From Tubiluchus corallicola (Eukaryota > Animalia > Priapulida): DNA of 64,000 nucleotides. The stretch spans positions 1 through 64,000 of the forward strand of contig JAQGDQ010000053.1 in the NCBI GenBank assembly GCA_030141605.1, in the 5' to 3' direction. Below are positions 26,401-41,400 of the stretch, piece by piece (position 1 is the stretch's first letter; each line of letters opens with the position of its first letter). The notes under the pieces were generated by a model that was not told where the DNA came from, did no database searches, and saw only the letters and a list, made by a program, of their open reading frames with translations. The position numbers were made by a program, and so were the translations under genes.

Positions 26401-29400
26401 ATAAGTTTTGCAGTTTTTGTGAAAAACAGTCAAAAAAGGGCATTTTTTTTGGAAGTTTCTTGTCCCCCATCCCCACCAGTGGGCCCGATTCGAAAAATAA
26501 ACCCCCAATGGCAAATCTCTGGGTGGAGACCTTTCGTTTGATATATATATATACATAAAATATACAACCAAAATTAATATATCAGACTAACCATGGCCTG
26601 GAAAAAATTTTGCACGTAAACCTACAAGAACGAACAATACCATATCCAGCACACTACACAACCCACATCACATCAGCCATGCAACACCACACCCACCGCA
26701 CTGCGCAACACCACTCACAACACACCACCCCACCAACTACCCGCACCACATCATCCGCACAGCAACACACGTGCCACCCATACCTTGCCACACCCACTAC
26801 ACCACACCATGACACACCCACTACACTACATCAAACTCACCACACTGCATGATGATCATGATGATCATGACCATAATGACGTTGACTACGATAATGACGA
26901 TGATGACACCTACGACACCAACAGCACTACAGCATAGCGAAACCATAGCCAAACATTTTGCACAAAGTTGAAGCTGTGTGCTATGACAGAAACTAGTACA
27001 CACATCCACCAATGATCAATAATGAACGAACATGCTACGCAGTTTTTGTTTGCTGCTTCTCAGATGATAATAAGCTAACACAACTTACTTACATGTAAAA
27101 TCTATAACACTGTAGAATGATGTGTGAAGACAATGCCTGGAACAGCCACGTAATTTCCCAAACTCAAAGACAATGAATGTTCCAAATAACATGCAGTACA
27201 GAGGGCTATAAAAAGAACTTCAAAATACACCCCTCCTGTTTCGCCCAGTATACATCTCTCCTAGTGAAACCACCAGCACCTTGTAGACCATTTTGTCCTC
27301 TTTCTGCGAGTGTGTTTATTTTTTCCCCAAGATGCTCAAATAGTTGCACAGGTCGAGCTTTTCTGGAGGCTGTATGCACAAAATTTGGGGGTATGGGTAA
27401 CGGAAAATGCTCATAGTGGGTATTAGTGATGATCCCTTCCACGAAATCTAAATAATTTTTATGATTACAACACCCACCGTTGAATGGGCTATCTAACCAT
27501 TACTGGCATGTTCCCGTTCTCTAGAAATAGAGGTAAGTTTTGAAATTTTTTGCGAAAAACGGTCAAGAAAGGCGTTTTTTGGAGGTCATTCACCCCCCAT
27601 TCCTCCCTCGAAAAATAAACCCTCATGTGCGAATCTGCAGGTCAAAACCTTTCATTTGACGTGTACATCACTGAAAATGGTGCTGTTGTCGGAGCTATAG
27701 CCTCGTCGGTTATATATATATCACTGAAATTAATTATTATCAGATAATAAGTCTTTATCAGTTTTTAATATTGTGAAGCCACAATAAAGTTACCAAAGAC
27801 TGATATATATATATATTTATATCACTGAAATTAATTATTATCAGATAATAAGTCTTTATCAGTTTTTAATATTGTGAAGCCACAATAAAGTTACCAAAGA
27901 CTGATTCCATGGCAATGGTAAATTGGGTTCCAAATGACAAATCCAGGCAGTTGGCAGTTGTGCATTTTAGAAATAAGGTCAAGGAAAACGCATGCATGTG
28001 CAATTGTGCATGCACACGTGCAGCAAGCGAGTATTCCAATGCTTTGCTTTCCGAACTAGTTCTTGTAAGAAAGCAATGACTCCACAAAATAAGCGCTTAC
28101 AAAAGCTTTAAAATAACGTACATCGATATGGATGAGATAAAGATAGTCAGTGAGATCAGGGCATCCAGAGCGAACGTAGCCATACTTCTTCTGGTATTTT
28201 GCACATTCGTAAAACTCTGTTTTGCTTAAACACCGTCCATTGTATCGAATAATCAGATCTGTAGAAACTAAATAGGAAATAGAAAAACAAATTTAAAACA
28301 GCCATTTACATTACATTCACTAATTAAATTAGCTTTACTGATTTACCATAAATGTGGTCAATTCTTTTTTGTAATAATCCATAAATTGCAATTTTTTTAA
28401 ATCCATACTGTTTTATATTAACAAGAGAAAATCTGTCAGAAGAAAATGAGAGAAATGAAATACAGCAGTCCATACTTTGCTGAGCACAGTTGAATAAGCA
28501 TATGTTATCGTACGTTTGGCCACTACTAGAGCACACTGGGTTATAATCTCTAGGACAGCGACTAGTACAAGTTTGTCTCTCACCACATCTGCCTTCATAA
28601 TCAACTCTTAGACTTGGGTTATCTGAAAAAATTACAATGTCAGAGATGATATTTAACCAAAACTCAGAAAACTGCAATGATGATTACTGTAAAGTGGAAA
28701 AAATTTAGAACAACACCCGCCAGACTTGTAGATACCTTTAGCTGCACATTCAAGTAGACAAATATTATTATATGTCTGTGAATCAGTTCCACAAACTGGC
28801 TTGTAGTCTCGTGTACACGGACAGATAGCTGGACGTTGACTACATGGACCTTCATAGTCTACTGTTAGTCCATAGTTTCCTGCATTATTTTAACAAAACA
28901 TTTGCTTATTAGTAATAACATAATGCTATGTTCACAACTTGCAGACAATAATTAAACAAGTTCAATTGTATTCAAAAAATTCTATCGTCACTAACAAATG
29001 ACTAGAATAACAAAAAATTAAAATTTACGCCACATCGGTTTATCAGAAAAGCACAAAACTGCTGTGCTGACCATTCAAGCAATATTAAATTTTAATTCCT
29101 AAAATCAGAATGAAAACTGAACAGGATGTAAACAGTAGGAATAATTGCCAATGAAACAATCTTTACAATGAAACAGTCAAACTTCTTTATAATGCTAATA
29201 CAGAGTTTTGACACAACCGAGCTGTCATTTGGCACAAGTGAGTTGGTACATGGTAGAAATGAGTTTGACTATTATGGAAGTCGGGATAAAGTAAAAAACT
29301 GCTGTCACAGCAATGCTGGCTGGTAACAGGGAATAATATAGTAAAGTTTACAGTTATTGGGTTTCTTCAGGCCAGCTCTACTATACGAGTTAGTATCTTG

Positions 29401-32400
29401 AAAGGAGAAACATATATCTTTGGTACCAGAAGATTATTGTTTCTTCTCAATAAGAGACAATGGCTGACTCCTCAATGAATTAGGCATTATTTGAGTTTAT
29501 TAATTTTGGCTTATCACAGATTTTAGAGAATCTATCATTAAATTTAGGCTAGCTAATTTGATAATATTAATACAGTAAGTTTTGGCCATAGTAAAAGTAA
29601 ATATCTCAAAAATGTATACCTGTTTGTTGTTTTTTGCACTCCAACAGACAAGGGTTTTTGTAAGTGATGCCGTCAGTTCCACACACTTCAACTACATAAT
29701 CAGGACAGTTACATGGCCGAACAGTTGTGCTGGTTGAACATCTCCCTTTATAGGCAATATACAAATCTGCAGAAAATATCAGTGTCATACTAAAATAACA
29801 TATGATTGGTTTAAACAATGACCAACTTATCAATATAATGCTTATTATGAAGAATTTGCTTCTCTATTTAGCTGCAGGGTGGTTATAAAATCTATCAAAA
29901 GCAACTAGTTATTTTAGAAAACAGTTAAAAAGATAATTAATTGCTCAACCAGATTCAGAAAAAAGAAAATACAGTAGTTTTATTTTAAAATCTTTGTCAA
30001 TAGCATTCTGATTAGCATCCATGAAGCCAACCACTACACTACATTATAAAAACTTGTTCAAAATTAATGTCATAAATTGTATTCATAGTAAATCTAATTT
30101 TAAGTTTATGTGCACATTTTAATGAATTTTAGGTCTTACTATATGTATAATGTATTTTGATGCAATGTTTTATTGTAATTTTATGTACTTGCATCTTAAC
30201 TTTTCTTATTTGTGTAACTGCATTTGTGTAAACACCTTTGAGTTTCTAGAAGATAAAGTGCTAATTATTCACTGCTTAATAACAACTAAAAATACCTGGA
30301 TTTTCTTGAGCAGCACAATTGAATCTACACTCATTTATGTAAGTTTTTCCATTTGATCCACATACTCTTTGAGCGCGTCTAGAACAAGATGCTCGACATG
30401 GACGTGGAGTTGTAGTAACACCACATACACCACGATATGCTATATACAAGCCTTCATTCCCTAAACAGAATTATAAATAATTCAGTAATGATAAATTCAA
30501 ATTTCGTCCTATTTGCAATGCATGTTGATTATTTAAAACTCATTTTATACGTTGTCATTAATCAGACAAGGTGCAACTAAGCAAAAGCGCACAAGTTTAT
30601 CGTTCTTATAACGATGTGTGGTAAACAAAAAGTTCTGTTTTGCACTGAATTAGTATTTGGAAAAATTTTACAGAAACTCAAGTGTGACATTACACAGTAC
30701 TAATCTGCAGTTATTCTCTGTGAAGGTAACTAAACTTATTCTAAGCTGAAAGATACTTGATCAGGTAACAGAGGTTGAGGAAATTTAGCTTAAAAACCTG
30801 CCAAAGTGCATTGTAAATACTTATATTTCTACTGTTCTTTTTTAGTAAAATCCAGATCATCTAACGCAAAATATAGAGCATTAAGATATTCTTTGACAAT
30901 TGTCAATTTTTCAAAAACCCCAAACCTTGTAAATAATAGCAATTATTACAAAAAAATGACACAGAAACAGGATGTCACAGAAATCTCATGAAGCGCACTA
31001 GTCTATTGAAGCTGACAAAATTTAAATGCTAAAATAAAAGACTAAAAACAGACTTCGAGTGATTTGACTGAAGGGTTTGGAGGCATACCATCATGACCGA
31101 AGTTAAGCAACACTCAGGCTGGTCAGTGAATGGTTCCTAATCGTCTCGTTCTGGGTGGTTTCATTTGTCACACAACTAGAAAGCACAAAAATTAATTGTT
31201 CCGAAAACATGACCCTTCTGTTATACCTGGCTTTCTCTTGTCACATTCCAATACACAGGGATTTTCGTACGTCTCTCCGTTTGTGCCACACACTTGTTCC
31301 AGATACCTGGGACAAAAGCAAGGTACTTCAGTAGTTCCAGTACGACACACACCAGCATAGGCTGCTCTTAATGTCAGGTCATCTGAAAGATTAGTCAGAC
31401 ATTAGTAAAAATGAGTAAACTGGCTCAGCCATGATGAAGATGATAATTATGATGACAATAACAATGGATTGACAATGCTCCACATATTATCTGTTGATAT
31501 GACATGGCAAATTTACATAGTGAAGCAAGATAGCTTATAAGTTAAGGTTACTGTCAGAGTATAATATTTTAAATGACATCAAAGTCACGGCTTTGTGTTC
31601 CATGGTTTTTCAAGTGAAAATCTGAAATGAAACCTGAAACTAAACTACAGTCATTCATCTTCATCCTGGTAAAGCTGTTAATAAAAAAGACCTGGCCCAT
31701 CTTAAATAGCCCACCTTTTTCTAAAGAACAATGGAACTATCTCCAAGAATATATCTCCTATCTCCTACAAAAGTGCCGTTTGAACGGTCAAAAGCTCGAG
31801 TAAGTTTGACTCAACTATTGATTAACAGATTGACTGACTGAGTGAACTGCATATCGATGGTTAGAAAATGACGTCAATACCACCATCTTGAATTCCAGAT
31901 GGTAAATAAAAAAACTGACACTGACACACAACTTATTCTAGCAGATTCCTATAAAATTTCATGGCCACCTGTTGCAAATTAATTTGATTTAATTAATATT
32001 GCACTCTATTATTGCCATCTTGATTTTAAAACCATACATTGAAAATCCGGTTCCGTCAACAAATGTAGAAGCAGGATCTGTTCTAGCACATTCTTATAAA
32101 TTGCAATTTGGGTAGCTTGGATTTTTTTCAAAAAGTCATCCTCAAAACAGCATTTACCTGGTGTAGGTAAGTGCGAAAAAACACGTGTGGAGAGTATTGC
32201 GGCCAGAAAAGACCACTGAACCCACTGCCGAGTGGGGATAATTATAGACCTATCTATAATTATATAATTACTTGCTCGATCCCTTACACATTCCCGTTCT
32301 CTCAACTAAACTTTTACAAAAGCAAAACTGTCGAAGGAAGCCAACACTTCGAGGTCTTTCATGTGGCATGCCGGATTGGAAAACAAACCATCAACGGGAA

Positions 32401-35400
32401 GACTATGCTGAATCTGAAATGTTTTGTTTTATGTATGAATCGCCGATCGAGCTAGCATGGTAAATGACGATATTATGATACCCATATACGGCTTATTAAC
32501 AGGACAGTAATCTGTGGATAGATAAGAGTAGTTAGAGATTCTTTCATAATGTTCATCAAAATACAGATACAGGTAGGTAACAAATACAACATCCTGCCAG
32601 AAATAGGCTACTATATAAGGAAAAGGTCAAAGTAAACATGAAGAAACTTTCAAAAAAACAATCCTGACTCAATAACTGCAAAACGAGAAAATGCCGGTCA
32701 ATCTAATGACACGTTCACATTAAATATTAGTTACATTACAAGGTTCCGATACTGAGATTTACTCAACACCAATTTCGAATGCAATTATAATTATCTGCGG
32801 CGCAACGATGTGTACGTCAAATAAATTACTGGCAAAAATTTCGTGAAATTTAATCAGATGCTGTGTTTATGTAATAATAAAATGTTTTCACATCGTTATT
32901 CCGTTTAGAAAACAGCTCATGCAAGTCGAACAATCACTACATGCATCAAAGATCTTGAATTTTTCAGGTAGCTTGTGAATAAAATGCAGCCATTGTCTAG
33001 CAACTTTAGTTACTATTCACGGCTGCAACTAGACGTACGTCATCAAAATGACGTCGCAGTTTACAAACATTCTATGCATTCCGTGAGTAAGTTTAGAATG
33101 TCGCCGTCATCAGCTAATTTGGAATAGAAGTGCTTTTTGGAAGAAGCGTGCATTATTAAATCAGTAGTTTTTAACTGCTTATTTTGCCCACTGTAGGCCA
33201 CCAAGTTGACTGCCAGAGTGCGATAGTGATAGTGACCGTCACATATAGTAACTTTATATTTACGAACTACGATCTGTTCGTGGAACGGTGGCAGTGTATT
33301 TAAACTGCAACTAATGGCCAGAAAATGACGTCACATTCTGAAGTATAACATGCAAATTATTGGTCAAATAAATACAGCACGTGTGCCTTCATTCCATCAA
33401 TAGTCAAGGAATTGAGAAATAATTTATTGGTTGACCAGTTCTAAAATGTACTGTCATGTGTACCTAGGATTATTATATAGTTTTAGATTTCAGATAATAA
33501 AATGCCGATACATTGACCATCACAGGTGCAGCCGGTGGAGCAAGTGACCTTGTTTAACAACCATGCGCAGTTCGTAACTCATCACGTGATCAGTAACAAG
33601 CGAACAGCAGCTGCTGCTGCATTGAACAAGTCCGTTAACAGTGCTTGTGCAACGGAGTTGAGTGAGGTGAATTTCTATGTTAGATTTTTTTACCGTTTAT
33701 TAATGTGCTAGGCCGACTAACCACGCAAAGCTTTTGTTTTTACTGTATTGTACAGACTATTACTAACGACGTGAAAATGTGCTATTGTGTTACGTCACAC
33801 AATCGTATTGTAAAGCTTGATGAAAAACAATGGAGGACAATGTAATATGGCTGACAATGAAAGCCATGTCGATCGATGTAGCAAACCGAACAGGACGCGT
33901 GTTGTACAGTATAGCTACAGTGTGTGGTGTGAGAGGCTCTCGATGCCTGTTTGCGGTGTTCAACTTTGAATAGCGTAAAATAGTTAACCTAAAACAAAAC
34001 AGCATAACTAATTATGCATAGCGAGTCATGTGTTTATAGTGCTAGAGTTTACTTAATTTTCAAAGTTTTAGTTGTAATATTATGTAATATGAAATAGTCA
34101 GGTTTTGCAAATTTTCAAGTAACCTGGAATGAGACTTACATGAATAATAAAAAAGTAAGATTAGAATAAGCTAACTTAATTCCAAAGTATCATGCTGCAC
34201 ATGCCGATTTCTCTTTTAATTGATTCTTTTCTGGCGACATTTGTGAACACAATAATCGTTTGTTACAGTAAATGTACAGTAAATCTTAATTCATATCCAC
34301 TTACCTACTTGGATTGTTTCTGCAATAATTATTTTGTGTGACCATTTATACGTGGCGTGTGAGTAAGACTTAGTCTGGAGACAGATTTTCGGAACTGTTC
34401 GTATACAGACTTGACTTAGACAACAAAATGTTCAGCAGAAATATATAGAAAATTTAGGTTTAGCGAAAGATTGGTGAGATCAAATTAGGTTGTGCTGGTC
34501 AAACTGCTTCCAGTGACCCTGGTAACTATTTAAAGACAACTTTAATGCTAGTTTTATGCTTTTTTCAGAACATTGCACCAGATTTCGGTGATGGTTACCA
34601 TTGAGTAAATATTGGACTGACAGTACCTATAGTGCATAGTACGTGAAAAAGCAGGAAGCAAGCAGGATAATACAATCATAACTATTATAGTTCTTTCCTG
34701 TCTTTTTTAAATTCATCAGTATGACCACGATACAAGGAAGTACATCAATAATACCTGGACAGCAACCTCAGCAACAGTTTATCATTCTTCCTGCAGGAAT
34801 TCCGAATAAAGCAGCAAAACAGTCAAGCAATCCTAACAGTAATATAGCTAATAAAAATAACTTGGTACCTGCACAGTCCATTTGCTATAAATGTCAAATG
34901 GGATTTCTTGATGTTGAAGATCTTATGTCACATTTGAACACCCACAGCATTTCAGAAAATCATACATATACATGTGGACTGTGTCTTGCTGATGTTGTAA
35001 CATTGCAAGCAATCGTGGAACACACAAAAGCCGTGTTGTGTAATGTATGCAATGTTGTCATACCGTGCATTAGGCATGCACGCTCGCATAGAAATAGTCA
35101 TGCAAAAATTCCAATAAAAAGAAATGTGACCATGCCTCAAATGCTCAACAATGCCAATGTAGTTCCAAGATCACTGAAAATGGTAACTACAAATATTGGT
35201 AATGTTCAACTAAAGCCGGTAGATCCTGTTACCCCTGTAAGATTCATTATTTCGAAACCTGCAGGTGCAGTCAAACCAACTGAGCCAGCCACCAAGCAAA
35301 ATAATCGGACAACGGCAGAGCCACCTGTTACTAAAGCGTTAAATGCATCTACAGCTCTAGATGGACTAAAAATTAAGCGCGAACCAATTGAAGAAAAACA

Positions 35401-38400
35401 AGAAGAGAAAACTGGTGCTGTCAACAAAGAAGAAATACCAACACAATCAAAAATAATGGAGAATGCAACTGTCCCAGATATAAAAATAAAAGAAGAGCCA
35501 CCTGACCCAGACTTCATGCCAAAGTCACCAGCATCTCCACATCTCTCAGAAGAATCACTAAATGTACTAAAACCACACAAATGTGATTTATGTGGAGAGA
35601 GATACCAGCATCTGAACCATCTTAGTAATCACATTAAAACTCATGGGAATGAATTCCCATACAAGTGTGGACTGTGTGGCACTGGATTTGTGCATGAACA
35701 CAAGTATGCACGACATCTGGAAAGATTCCATGCAGGTGAATCGCCTGCAGACCGGCCATATAAGTGCAAGACGTGTGGGGCTGGTTTCAAACAACGCAAT
35801 CATCTCAACCAGCATAACAGAACTCACACAGGGGAAAAACCGTATAAATGTAAGAAATGTGGTACAGCATTTGCTTTACTAGGTAATCTGAACTACCATA
35901 TGCGCATACATGGTGGACAGAAACCATTTAAGTGTGATGTCTGTAAGGCTTGTTTCCGGTCTTCCACTCACCTAAAACATCACTTTGGAAGTGTTCATCG
36001 TGATCTTGCTTTGCTTGACAAAGTGAGGAATGATGCCACTGAAAAGGCCCATGATGCAAGTTTAACATCAGCACCACAAACAACATTGTTTTTGGTGCCA
36101 ATATCTAGTCCTGCAACCGAGCCAGTAGTTACTACTGAATCTACAAGTGATGATGGAGAAATCACAAATATGGTGTTTACAAACCCACTTGAAGGCAACC
36201 CAGTAGACGGTATTGAAGACATGGAAGCAGAGGAAGACTCTTCAGAGGAATTCAAAGAGAAGCAGGAAGACGATCAAGTACTAAAAGAAATTTTAATGGA
36301 GGGCCCTTGATTTTACGCTGGCTTGACTTTTTTTAACGAATGACTGTTAAAATTCCCATTCTTAACCAACATATACTGCCACAGTCAATAGAGTAGCATT
36401 TTAGTGGCCATTCTTCAGTAAGTCTTCCCACGTGCAGTTTGCAAAAATAAAACAACAATAATTCTTTTAGCATTCCAAATGGCATTGCTGTAGGAGTGCC
36501 AACAGTATATTGAAATTTGAAAGCAAAAAATCAAGTTTACATATTTCAGAATTATATGTCTATTTATAAAATATGAAAGCAGTCAATACCTTTTTAGATT
36601 ACACTTTACTATTGAAATCAAATTTGTTACCAGCTGTTGCTAAAATTTAAAAGGAAAAACTGTTGTTATATTGCACCGTGCTTTATAAACTTTTTAAAAT
36701 CAAGTGTTTAGTGATTTGTACATAATGAAAATAGAAACTTAATACCTGAAGTGGCTGTGCATTTGTATTTACTATTTTCAATGTCGCAAAGTTCATGCTT
36801 CAGCAAAAAGATTTAATTTTCCTGAATTAGTGAGAATGCAATAGTGCCAGTATTTATAAACACATAATTATTTGACCTGTCAGCTGGAAGTCAAAGTCTC
36901 AATACATAAATAACTGCAGTGCTCACAACGTAAGTATTGCAACAGTATGAAACATTGATGCTGAAGCAATGTTTTTCATTATGAGACTTTTGCTTTTGTT
37001 TCACATTAATAAGGTGTGACATCAGTCAAGTTAAACTGCATGTATTATCACTTTGGGTAGAATATGAACTATGGGGTGAACCTATGTCTTGGGATTTTAA
37101 AAAAATAGAATGTTCAATTTTGCAGTCCAGTGCAGTTTAATGAAATGAAGAGTCTGATAAAAACATAAGGTGCACTTCACAGACTGAAATTACAGAAATA
37201 ATACTAGGCACAAGGATTTGAGCACAAAAAGATGAAGTGAGGTGGGCGGGTACCGCTTAGACTGTAGTGAGTCGCAGCTTGCCACTCTTGAAATAGAACT
37301 ACGTTGTTTTTATGATGTGATGATACTGTTATCCCTGTTTACATGATCAGTTTTTAAAATGCAAAACTGACATAAAAAATGGCAATCTAAAAACTGATGT
37401 GTGTTTACATGGCACCAAATTTTACTCTGGTAGCAAGTATTCAGCAATGTTATCACTCTGCTAGCATCTGTGCAGCATTTGTTACAAATTACTTCAGGGA
37501 AACTTTATTTTTTCCAATGAGATTAATAAACAAGTATACTTTAACATTAGTTACAATGTGTATTTTAACACTTTTGCAGAATGCAGGCACATGCACTTAA
37601 TCCAACTTTCAGTCCACCTCAGATTTACAATAATTGAAAATGATTATGAAAATGTAAAATTAATATTATATTGTGAAGTAAACAACAATTTCAACTGTAC
37701 AGCTAAATGTTTACATAAAGTTGTAATAAAACTAAAATTTTTAATGTCTTATAAACTAATTATACTATAATATGAAATTTAAGAAGACAAATTTTAACAT
37801 CAAAATTGTGGTTTCCAAGAAACTGTCATGTGAATACACATGATCATGTGGATATCTACATTTGAAAACTGTTGTTTCTAAAAAGCAACAGTTTTTCAAA
37901 GGCAAGACAATGTGTTAAATGTCGTTTAGACGAGATGAAAGAAATTATTCCATAAAATTGAGCATGATTGACTTAAAAGCAAATTTTAAAAATTTGTATA
38001 AAATTAGACGTGAAATGTTCTTTTGGTCATTTTGCAGATGATACTACAGAACGTATGTTTGAATGTAGGTCAATGTTTAATAAAATTTATGAAGATTATA
38101 TGCGCAAGATATTAGTGATACCCCCATAGATAAATTCGATTGTATGTCACACAGTTGTAGCAGCTTAAAATGTGACGAACAATGAGTAAACAATAATAGT
38201 AATTGTTGATTGGTGGCAAAGAAGAAAATTATGTGAATAAAGTGAACAAAATACGTGTTTTTGATCTTGCAAAATAGCACTTTTTATTGATATCAGTTTG
38301 CTCGCCAATTTGGTGAAGAGGATCATCTGTATCCACGGTACGAGTTTTTTGTAATTTTTCCTTATTAGTTGCTCTTCAGAGACATTCACACCAGTGTAAT

Positions 38401-41400
38401 AAGCAATTGTACTAAGCACGAGCGCACGACGCTATCGGCTGTTGGATCTGAGTTTGCTAGTTTTTGTTTAATGAATTCAAGACGGTTCATCATCAAACTT
38501 TAGACCGTCAGTTCCAGCAGCACAAACATATTAAACATCCTCTCGTTACTTGTGTCTCGTACACCGAGAAAACAATAATGGCGTGCCTGGGTAGTAGCTA
38601 TGGAAGTGGCCACCTTGCCCAGTTATGACCGCCGACATGTTAATAGTTACGGCATTTCAGTTAGCTTACGATTTACGCTTAAAATTACGGAGCGAATTCT
38701 CTTAAATTGGTGCAATACCTCATGAGCCTCACCGTTCGGAATTTGTTTGTTCATTTTCCCGATAGAAGCGCTGCTGTAAAACATTTGTTGACAACATGGA
38801 GTCGTCAGGCGTTGGAAAATTAGAAGAAAATGCTCTAAAGCGCAAAGAGAGACTAAAAGAACGCTTTATGAAACGCTCTAAAGATATGAACTCTGATCCA
38901 GAAGCAAACTCCGATCAAAATACCGATGCCAATAAAAATACAGCTTTACCAGCGCCCGTTTTTCGTAATTATGAGCCGATCGATGAGTCACTAAAAGGAA
39001 GTCATTTAGAACGGGCGAAAGCAGCTGATGTTACTGATAAAGTTTCGGAACAGTTAGAAGCTGGAAAACCAGCTCCTGTACTCGAAGAAGTAGATTTGAT
39101 CAATCTAGCACCAAGGAAACCTGACTGGGATTTAAAGCGTGATGTAGCAAAAAAATTAGAAAAACTAGAACGGCGAACACAAAGAGCAATTGCAGAAATT
39201 ATTCGAGAACGCCTTCAAGCTGAAAGGGAACGGGGAGACTTGGCATTTGCTGTAGATGCTGGAGTGCAAGCAGAACAGAATGAGTATGACTCAGATTAAA
39301 TTTGTAAGTTCAGTTTGAATTAACTTTTGTGTTGCAGTACTCATACAACTCTTACTCTTAGACTTTTACTTACTCATCATTTCTACATTACATCAGACAA
39401 ATAATAGACCAGCCGCAATGACGAAACTGTAGAACACTAATTACAGTAAGTTTTTCCAAAAGTAATAATTTTGTGTTTAATGAAATGTACCCCAGAAAAA
39501 TATAATTAAGTTATAATTTGAGCTAGGCCGTTTTTTATGCTCAAGTAAAACTTTCCATCTCTGGTGTATGCATTGTGTGCAGACTACAGCAGGTCCTCAC
39601 TTAAGGACAATAATTTGTTTCCACGAAATGCATAGCTAAGTAAAATGTATTTAAACAAAGCCATGCTTACAATAAGAAATTAAGTAAAAACGTTAATTTT
39701 CATTCCAGAAACAAAAATTAATAATGCTTGGCTCATGAATCAAACAATTCACAAAATTTATTATTTGCAATCATACATTATTTGTTTACTAAAACAAAAA
39801 ATAACTTTTTAAAAAATTTGATCTTGAATTTTATACCACTTACTTGGTGTCTTATTGCATACAGGGCCTGCATTAGTGGTAAGCCTATATAAAACTACTT
39901 GTAAACTGCGATGACGGAGTTCTGATTAAATTAAATAGTTTGAAACAAATTTAGATAACATTGCTTAAAGTTTGAGAAAATAATCAGAGCCTTTGTAGCC
40001 AACTCTTCCTTAACTAAGCAAAAGCTTAAATTACTTTATATTGACAATAATAATGTCTTTTTAATGAATCAGTGGTGCACACTGGGATGGTGCAAATATC
40101 TTGAATTACTAAGAATTGTCTTTTCCAGTTACATAAGTTTTTCAAACAGCTTTTCCAGTTACGTAAGTTTTTCAAACAGGTAAGTGCCATGCTAACAAGT
40201 ATAACTTTGTCAAGTTCTTGGTTCCCTTTTTTCCCCTTTAAATGTTGCTGTGCAGCAGTTACACATTTCTATGTATAGATTCAACTTCGCTTGTTTCACG
40301 TAGTATGGCAAACTTAAAGCTTTAGCTTTGAGTTATCGGTACTAGAGTTGGCACTGACCAACTAGAACAGGTAATGTGAGAAAACTTTTCGGAAGAATTT
40401 TATCTAAAGGTGATAAAGTGCCAACAAGTGAATCTTTTCAATATGCCTGGAGCAGATTGCTTGATACGAACTCAAAAGTAGTGTAAATAATTACCATAAT
40501 ACGAGTCAGCAGTAGGCGTCTTTATAATATGCAAAAGTGGCAAACAAGGCAAAGTTTGAGGAAAGAATTGCCATTAAAACAAAACCTGAATAATGAATGA
40601 GAAAAGGTGTCAAAAGTTGAGGACCATTAAAATGAAATGTCACTAAACAGGGAGTCATTAAGTGAGGATTTACAGTCACTGCGAAACATTAAATTTTAAG
40701 AAAAGAGCCTTGGTTGTATTTCTTTTTGTGCATTAATGTTATAACTAGCCAAGGCTCCGCCAAAAATTTGTGCATATACCCACATGGACAAACCATACCG
40801 CATCCACCACCCATACCATGCCACACCATCCCACAGCACCCACACCACCCGCAAAACACCACACCACACCCACCGCATTGCTTGAACACCACTCATTACA
40901 CCACACCACCCACATCAACCACAATACACCATACATAACCACCATCCACACAGCTCTACAACACACTATGCACATCATACCATCCCACACACTAATCACA
41001 CCACATCATCTGCACCACAACACCCATGCCACCCACACCTTGCCGCATCCACCACACCACACCAATCACACCCACCACAGCACAGCACATCACTCACTAC
41101 ACCCACCACACCAAACTCACCACATCGCATGGTGATGTTGACAATGGCAATGATGACGACACCAACAGCACTACAACAACATTCTTTTTTCGACGACTTG
41201 GAATTTGGGCAAGCTGTAACATGAGGACAGAATTTTCACAGGAAACCTTTTGTAAGTCAAATTGTGCAGAAGGGTGTGATGCTAAGCTTTTTAAGGTTAT
41301 TAACTTGATGTAAATTAATTTCATTAGCAGGTCTAACTGGAAAAGTCCATGAATCCAGCACTATGTTTAAAAGATGTAACTAATCTAGTACGTTACTATT

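Noticed and set aside
34952-36255. Antisense and alternate-frame ORFs over the zinc-finger gene (also those over VPS36 and the Kazal exons)
   Set aside because: Shadow ORFs of real coding exons.
40689-41324. His/Thr/Pro-rich and Val/Trp/Cys-rich ORFs
   Set aside because: Low-complexity core of a dispersed repeat also present at 26586-26935.
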